Source: Orbicella franksi
Taxonomy: Eukaryota
Assembly: GCA_964199315.1 (NCBI GenBank)
Contig: OZ116706.1
Coordinates: 15,562,001 to 15,626,000, forward strand
Direction of reading: 5' to 3'
Length of the DNA stretch: 64,000 nucleotides
Each line of letters begins with the position of its first letter. Positions within the stretch are counted from its first letter, which is position 1. Below, in pieces: positions 58,938 through 64,000 of the stretch. The notes beneath the pieces are model-generated. The model had not been told where the DNA came from. It ran no database searches and worked only from the letters and a program-made list of their open reading frames with translations. Both the position numbers and the translations under genes were made by a program.

Positions 58938-61900
58938 TAAAGATGAATTTCCAACCATATCTTTCTTTAATTTTCAAACACGGCCCAGCATTGTGTGACA
59001 AGGACGGATTGTGTGACGTACAGAGGAGGACAATGTGACAGGTTAAGGGAGCAGCTGCTTAATGTTAGGGCTTCTTGTTAATTATTATGGTTGATAGGTA
59101 AAGAAAAGTAAGAGACATATTGACAATCTACTTGACAGGTGATCATTTTTGTCTGAGAATGGAAGGACTCCATAAATTAGTGTTCATTGTCAGAGGCTGT
59201 CCAATTCTCAGGGTGAGGCTTAAAATATACTGTCAGGGGGTTAGGCGGTGGGACAGTTTAGTAACTTTCCTTTTTTGTGCAGCAGTGCTTAGAGGTGGTT
59301 ATCTAGTGGGTGTTGAAGAAATACATTATAGCTGGGCATGTTTTTGAAGTAGCTTTATTTTTTCAACTATTTTAATGACAAAAAACATAAATGCCATGTT
59401 CAACAACTTTTGACAGAACAAATGCTTCGTTATTCATATGGCCATTTTCTAGCCCAAAATGCAGTACTTGGTCAGTAAGAAAAAGAGACCCATGTCACAC
59501 ACTATTTTGAGCATGTATTTGTGTAAATTTAAACATTAATTTTGCATAACATTGTATAGTAGAGACAAGTATGCTTGCTTTGCCATGGTACTGAATTAGA
59601 AAAAAGAAATGGTATTTTCTTGTAGCACACAACACTGAATGTATGTAGCCACTATTTCTTCATGCAAGATACCGTAGAACATATTTTAAAGCTGCACCAA
59701 GATTTGTAGGGTACAGTAGTTTAAAATGAATCATATGCAATGTTCAATCTCAAACTGTGAAACTGTTTTCAGTTTGTATTTGTTACTATGCATGTTCATT
59801 AAAATGTTCAGGGGTTTCTTGGTCTGCCTAGTGTAAGGGGAGGGGGGAGTAAAGGGGACCCGGCCAGTGTCACTTATACTTCTTTTGGGTTGACACGGAC
59901 TGGCCGACCCACTGCTCTCCTCGATTGGATCCCCCCCCCCCCCCCCTTCCTGGATTCTGTTTTAGGGAATCTCAATTAGTTTTTGTCTTAGTCTCTACCC
60001 CTTAATTGTGGAACCAAAAGTGAGAATTTTTACAGTAAGTCTTACTGTTGTGTTAGGTTGTAGCTGTGATGTACCATATCTTCTTATTAATAAATTGTAT
60101 GCAGAAAAAGATCTTTTCTCGATTATATAGTGTCTCCCAGGCCTGAAGCATTAATTTGTTTCTTTGATTTCTGTGTGGCTGAACAAATGCACCTAAACCA
60201 GGTTTCCTGCACATACCATAAGTTCCTGGTTATTAGTTCTCGACTTCTACAGGTTTATGGGGGATTTTGGATGGGCTTGAAACAAGCCAACTTCAGTATA
60301 TTAAAATTCAAACTTGTCTCTGAGGCTTGGGGGAATAAAATAAAATAAATCGTATCAAGGATGAGGGATGAAAAATCAATTTCTTTTGTTTTATTCCCCT
60401 AAGCCAGAGCATAAGAGGGGGGTTGGTTGGGGCTACTAAGCAGTACTGAATAAATGCCTGGATTAGGATCTGAAAAGAAACGACTATATAGAATTCAAGA
60501 AAGCCAATGAATAGAAGGATATGTTGTAAGAAAGCCACTCTGATTAACGTTGTTATCTGGCTCTACTTCCATTTTGAGTTCAGTGTTTGGAGGTAACGTT
60601 TCTGAAAATACGAAAAGGGCTCGTGTTCGGCTGGTGTTGGGAGGTGGAACCTAGTTGGGATGGGTGGGTATAGCGGGAATATTTCTTTGCTCATGGACGG
60701 GTGCACCTGGAAGTGTTGCGTGACAGTCCAAATAACGTGATCTCACCAGTCACGATTGGCGCTAAGAGTGGACATTTTCGACGAATACAGTTGCAGCGGT
60801 ATTTGCTGTATTGTTTTCCTAGTGATTTCTGAGGTCTGGATTTGCACTGAGGTATAACAACGAACTACAATTGCAAGGATACACAATTTATACTGGTAAA
60901 ATTGCAGACACCCTTTAATTGATTAAACTTTCTCTTTTTTTACAAAAAACGTCTACCTTAACTTGAGTTTATACAAAAGCCTTGCATGCATAGCCTAGAT
61001 GCACACACGTCTAACTGTAAGAAGTTGGCTTGAACCAAAGTTTGATGGTTTGCAAACTCGCAATCTGACTGCCTACACAGGGGCCTTCTACGCTCAGCTC
61101 TGTGAACGCGCGCGGGGTTTTGGCATCCTTGCCGAAAGCGCTAAACAAAATGAATGTCATCAATATTTCATGTTAGAAAGATCAGCAACTGGGTTTTTCT
61201 CAAAAAATTCAAACTATACTCTTGGTTTTTATCAAATTTGATAGTCGACCTGTAGGCGTGTCAACTGCTGACGATAAAAACCACAAGCTCGCAATATGTA
61301 AAGAAGCACAATAATTTGTCTAGTTCATGCGTCCTAAAAAAATTAATCCTGAATATTCAGTGCAACAGAAGTTTCTCAAGGTAGCAATTAAAACGGATCT
61401 AATTATCTTTTAAAACGAGTACTGGTAAGCGCGAATGATTACAGATTAAAGGCAATTCGTGACACCCTTCGCCCATCCCATCTCGTACATCCCATACTCT
61501 GATAAATTCTGATACAAAATCTGTTCATCTCTTGGAAAAACAAAGTTAAGCAAACTAGAATGTGAGAATTAAATTAACCTGTGACTCCACGGTTCGCAAT
61601 CTTAATTCTCATTACCGACCGTAATGTATTTCATTAATGTAGGTTCTGAGAACTTGATTGTACATCAAGATAATTTCCCACGGCTGTCTGTTTGACATCG
61701 TGTTGATATCGAGTGAAAAACGATAATTCGTAGTCTGACAAAGCTATTATTTATTTCTCCACTACAGTAGACCTCTAAGTATTTTCTGAATCTTTTTCTC
61801 GTTACCAAAAATAAGCTCTTATACTTTTTTAAATATTAACAGGAGCCATTATGGCTCCTGATATTAATCATGCACTCCTTTACTGTTTTTCCAAAAAGAG

Positions 61901-62175
61901 GACACTTCCCTAAAACGAAGATGACGTAATTAACAACTACAGAACCTGCCGTGTAAAAATAAGTACAAAGTCATACTCAATAATAAAACCGGAATTAACA
62001 ACTATTTTACTACGAGAAGAGAAGTAAGCCGAAAAATAACTGCGGAAGGTTGGTGCGAGTTGCGCCAGCACCAATTTTCACGCGGCATTTTTACTGCTCG
62101 TTTCTCGCGCGCGAATCTTTCAGGTTATACGCAAGTTCGTGTAGAAATTGTTCGTAGTCTAAACTATTTACAAAG

Positions 62176-63815
62176 TTACTTCTTCATAACGCGCGGCAGA
62201 TTCTCCTGCCTTCGTTCAGAGTGCATTTTAGCCGTGTCTTTCAAAAGTTTCGTTTTCCTCTCGTCGATCCAAGTGTAGTCGCTTGAAGGCTTCGCCGATT
62301 TCGGCGAGGTATTTACTAGCGGGCTTGGCGCGTGCGGCGAATCCACGCCCTCGAGTCTTATATAATTTAAATTCCCCTGGTGTGGCCTCGACATTACATT
62401 CACGTACGACCTATCCATGTGCCCGATATTCTGATACGAAGGGTGTCCGCCTGCCACATTGGCGTACGAATGGCCGGCGATATTCTCGAAGCTGTGGCTT
62501 CGCGACGGGTCATCAGCAAAGACATTTTGATATCCCGGATGTGACGGCATTAGAGACTCCACACTGTGGTAAATCGAATCATCGTTCCCATCATACATTG
62601 CGTACGGGTTTAGTTTTGATTTTCCGCCTGAGTGAGCCTTCGACGCGCCGCTTAGGACGCGAGATCTCGCCGACCCAGGCCCTGCTCTGCCACCCTTAAC
62701 GTTGACGTAATCAACGATTTTGGGGGAATTCACATAAAGATGCTCGGCGCTACCAATAGTTGTGGTTGGTGGGAGAGAAAGGTTTGGCGGAATTTTCATG
62801 CCTCGCCGGGTAGAGACACTGTTGGACTTACCATTAGCTTGTTTTTCGTCCGCTTCGGTATTATCCTTGCTTTGCGTTATATCTCCGTTGACATAGTCGG
62901 CGTTTCTCGCAGCCTTTTCGTTTGTGTTACTTCGGCTACGTTGATTTCCTTTTGCAACTGTATCAAAAACATCGTCGCCATTTATCAACACGTCCTTGTC
63001 ATGTTTAGTTCTTTCTTCGTCGATTTCCTCAGTTGTAGTGACAACAATGCGACACTGGACTTCTCCATTTGACAAACGCGGTTTTTCATTTTCGGACATT
63101 TTTCTCCCTTCCGCTTCGTGTTCCTCGTCTTCTCGAATGGCACAGTTTTCCTCCGTTCGATCGCTTTGTCGTTTCTCTGAAGCAGATGACTTAATTCGCC
63201 CACTCTCGGACCCTTGCGATGTTCTGTTGTCTTTAGCGTATGAGTTCGTTCTTATTTTTTCCAGGAGCTCTTCGTCCCGCCCTTCGACCACCACATACCC
63301 TTCTAACTCTCTGGCCTGTGTTCCATCAGGCTGTTCGTGTGCTGCATCACTCTTTCTTTGTCCCGCTGATTCTTTCCTTGTAAACGAGTTCGTACCACTG
63401 CTTTTCCTCCCATTGAGGGGATAATCATCCCCCGGGTTCATTACCTCGTATCCCTCGGGTGTGACCCCCGCTATATTCTGGTACCCGGGCGGTGGGCTTC
63501 TTGGTGAGGAGGCAGAAGGCTTTTTTTCACCCAAAAACACTTCATTTAAACTGTCAGCGCGGTTACGACTGGCTCCTATATTTGCAGGCACCGATTCATT
63601 CCTTCGAACAGAAGGAATTCCTTGCTCTGTGGGAGATCTAGAACTCAGCTCAGTGTTTTCAGCCTTCTTTTTGCTAGTAGATGGCATGCTTCGACTCCGA
63701 GGTCTCGGGGCTTTTCCTTTGCGTGACCGTTTTCCGCTCATTCGAAGCCAAGCACGCCGGAGAAAGCCAGGCTGTGGTTTATTATCTTCTTCACTTGTTC
63801 CGGGCTGGCTGGTGT
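62176..63815 (-). CDS. Terminal exon of an FRS2/GAB-type tyrosine-phosphorylated docking adaptor
   Basis: Acceptor cttcttcttgcag at 63816-17 opens the same frame as the 521-aa ORF; eight YxN motifs; C-terminal pair LNYIRL and SDYTWIDERKTKLLKDT resembles the FRS2/GAB SHP2-binding pair. An N-terminal PTB/PH exon would lie right of the window. Confidence 0.7.
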
Positions 63816-64000
63816 CTGCAAGAAGAAGCAGAGAGAAGCTTTATGCTGAGGCATAGTTGCAATAAGCCTCATTTTGAAACTGAGGCAACCGCCGGGAAAA
63901 GGTCTTTGAACTTCGCATGGAAACGAACTGAGTAACCACGCGTTGGCCTGAAAATATGAAACATGGCTGGAAGGAAATAGGAAAAGTGCCGAATTCTCCA

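Noticed and set aside
62283-63935. Plus-strand ORFs opposite the adaptor exon
   Set aside because: Antisense shadows of a GC-richer coding exon.

Overview
Eukaryotic, AT-rich, repeat-dense genomic DNA with spliced GT-AG genes; the MITE/SINE complement and intronless GPCR expansion suggest a stony coral or other cnidarian (inference). Left to right: (1) four intronless class A GPCR paralogs on + (1.1-12.7 kb); the array probably continues left of the window; (2) ten exons of a PLP-dependent class-V aminotransferase (cysteine-desulfurase-like) on - (27683->15742); I could not find its C-terminal exons, so the GPCR array may be nested antisense in a long intron; (3) a 1017-aa single-ORF disordered protein on - with 11 copies of an SxYDLxEFL helix motif, many preceded by PKA-type basic residues; (4) a complete 20-exon ribonucleotide reductase large subunit gene (803 aa) with an E2F/CHR promoter, an atypical ATP-cone and a duplicated, stop-containing pseudo-exon; (5) a 5-exon acidic/RS-rich protein; (6) the last exon of an FRS2/GAB-type docking adaptor. 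Mobile DNA includes AcademH-type elements (9-bp TSDs, RecQ helicase remnants), a Penelope-like fragment with a minimal hammerhead ribozyme, a second hammerhead-like motif with a U3-A8 covariation, CORE-type SINEs (two with fold-back tails), a LINE 3' end and many MITEs. All coordinates were read by eye and may be off by a few bases for repeats.
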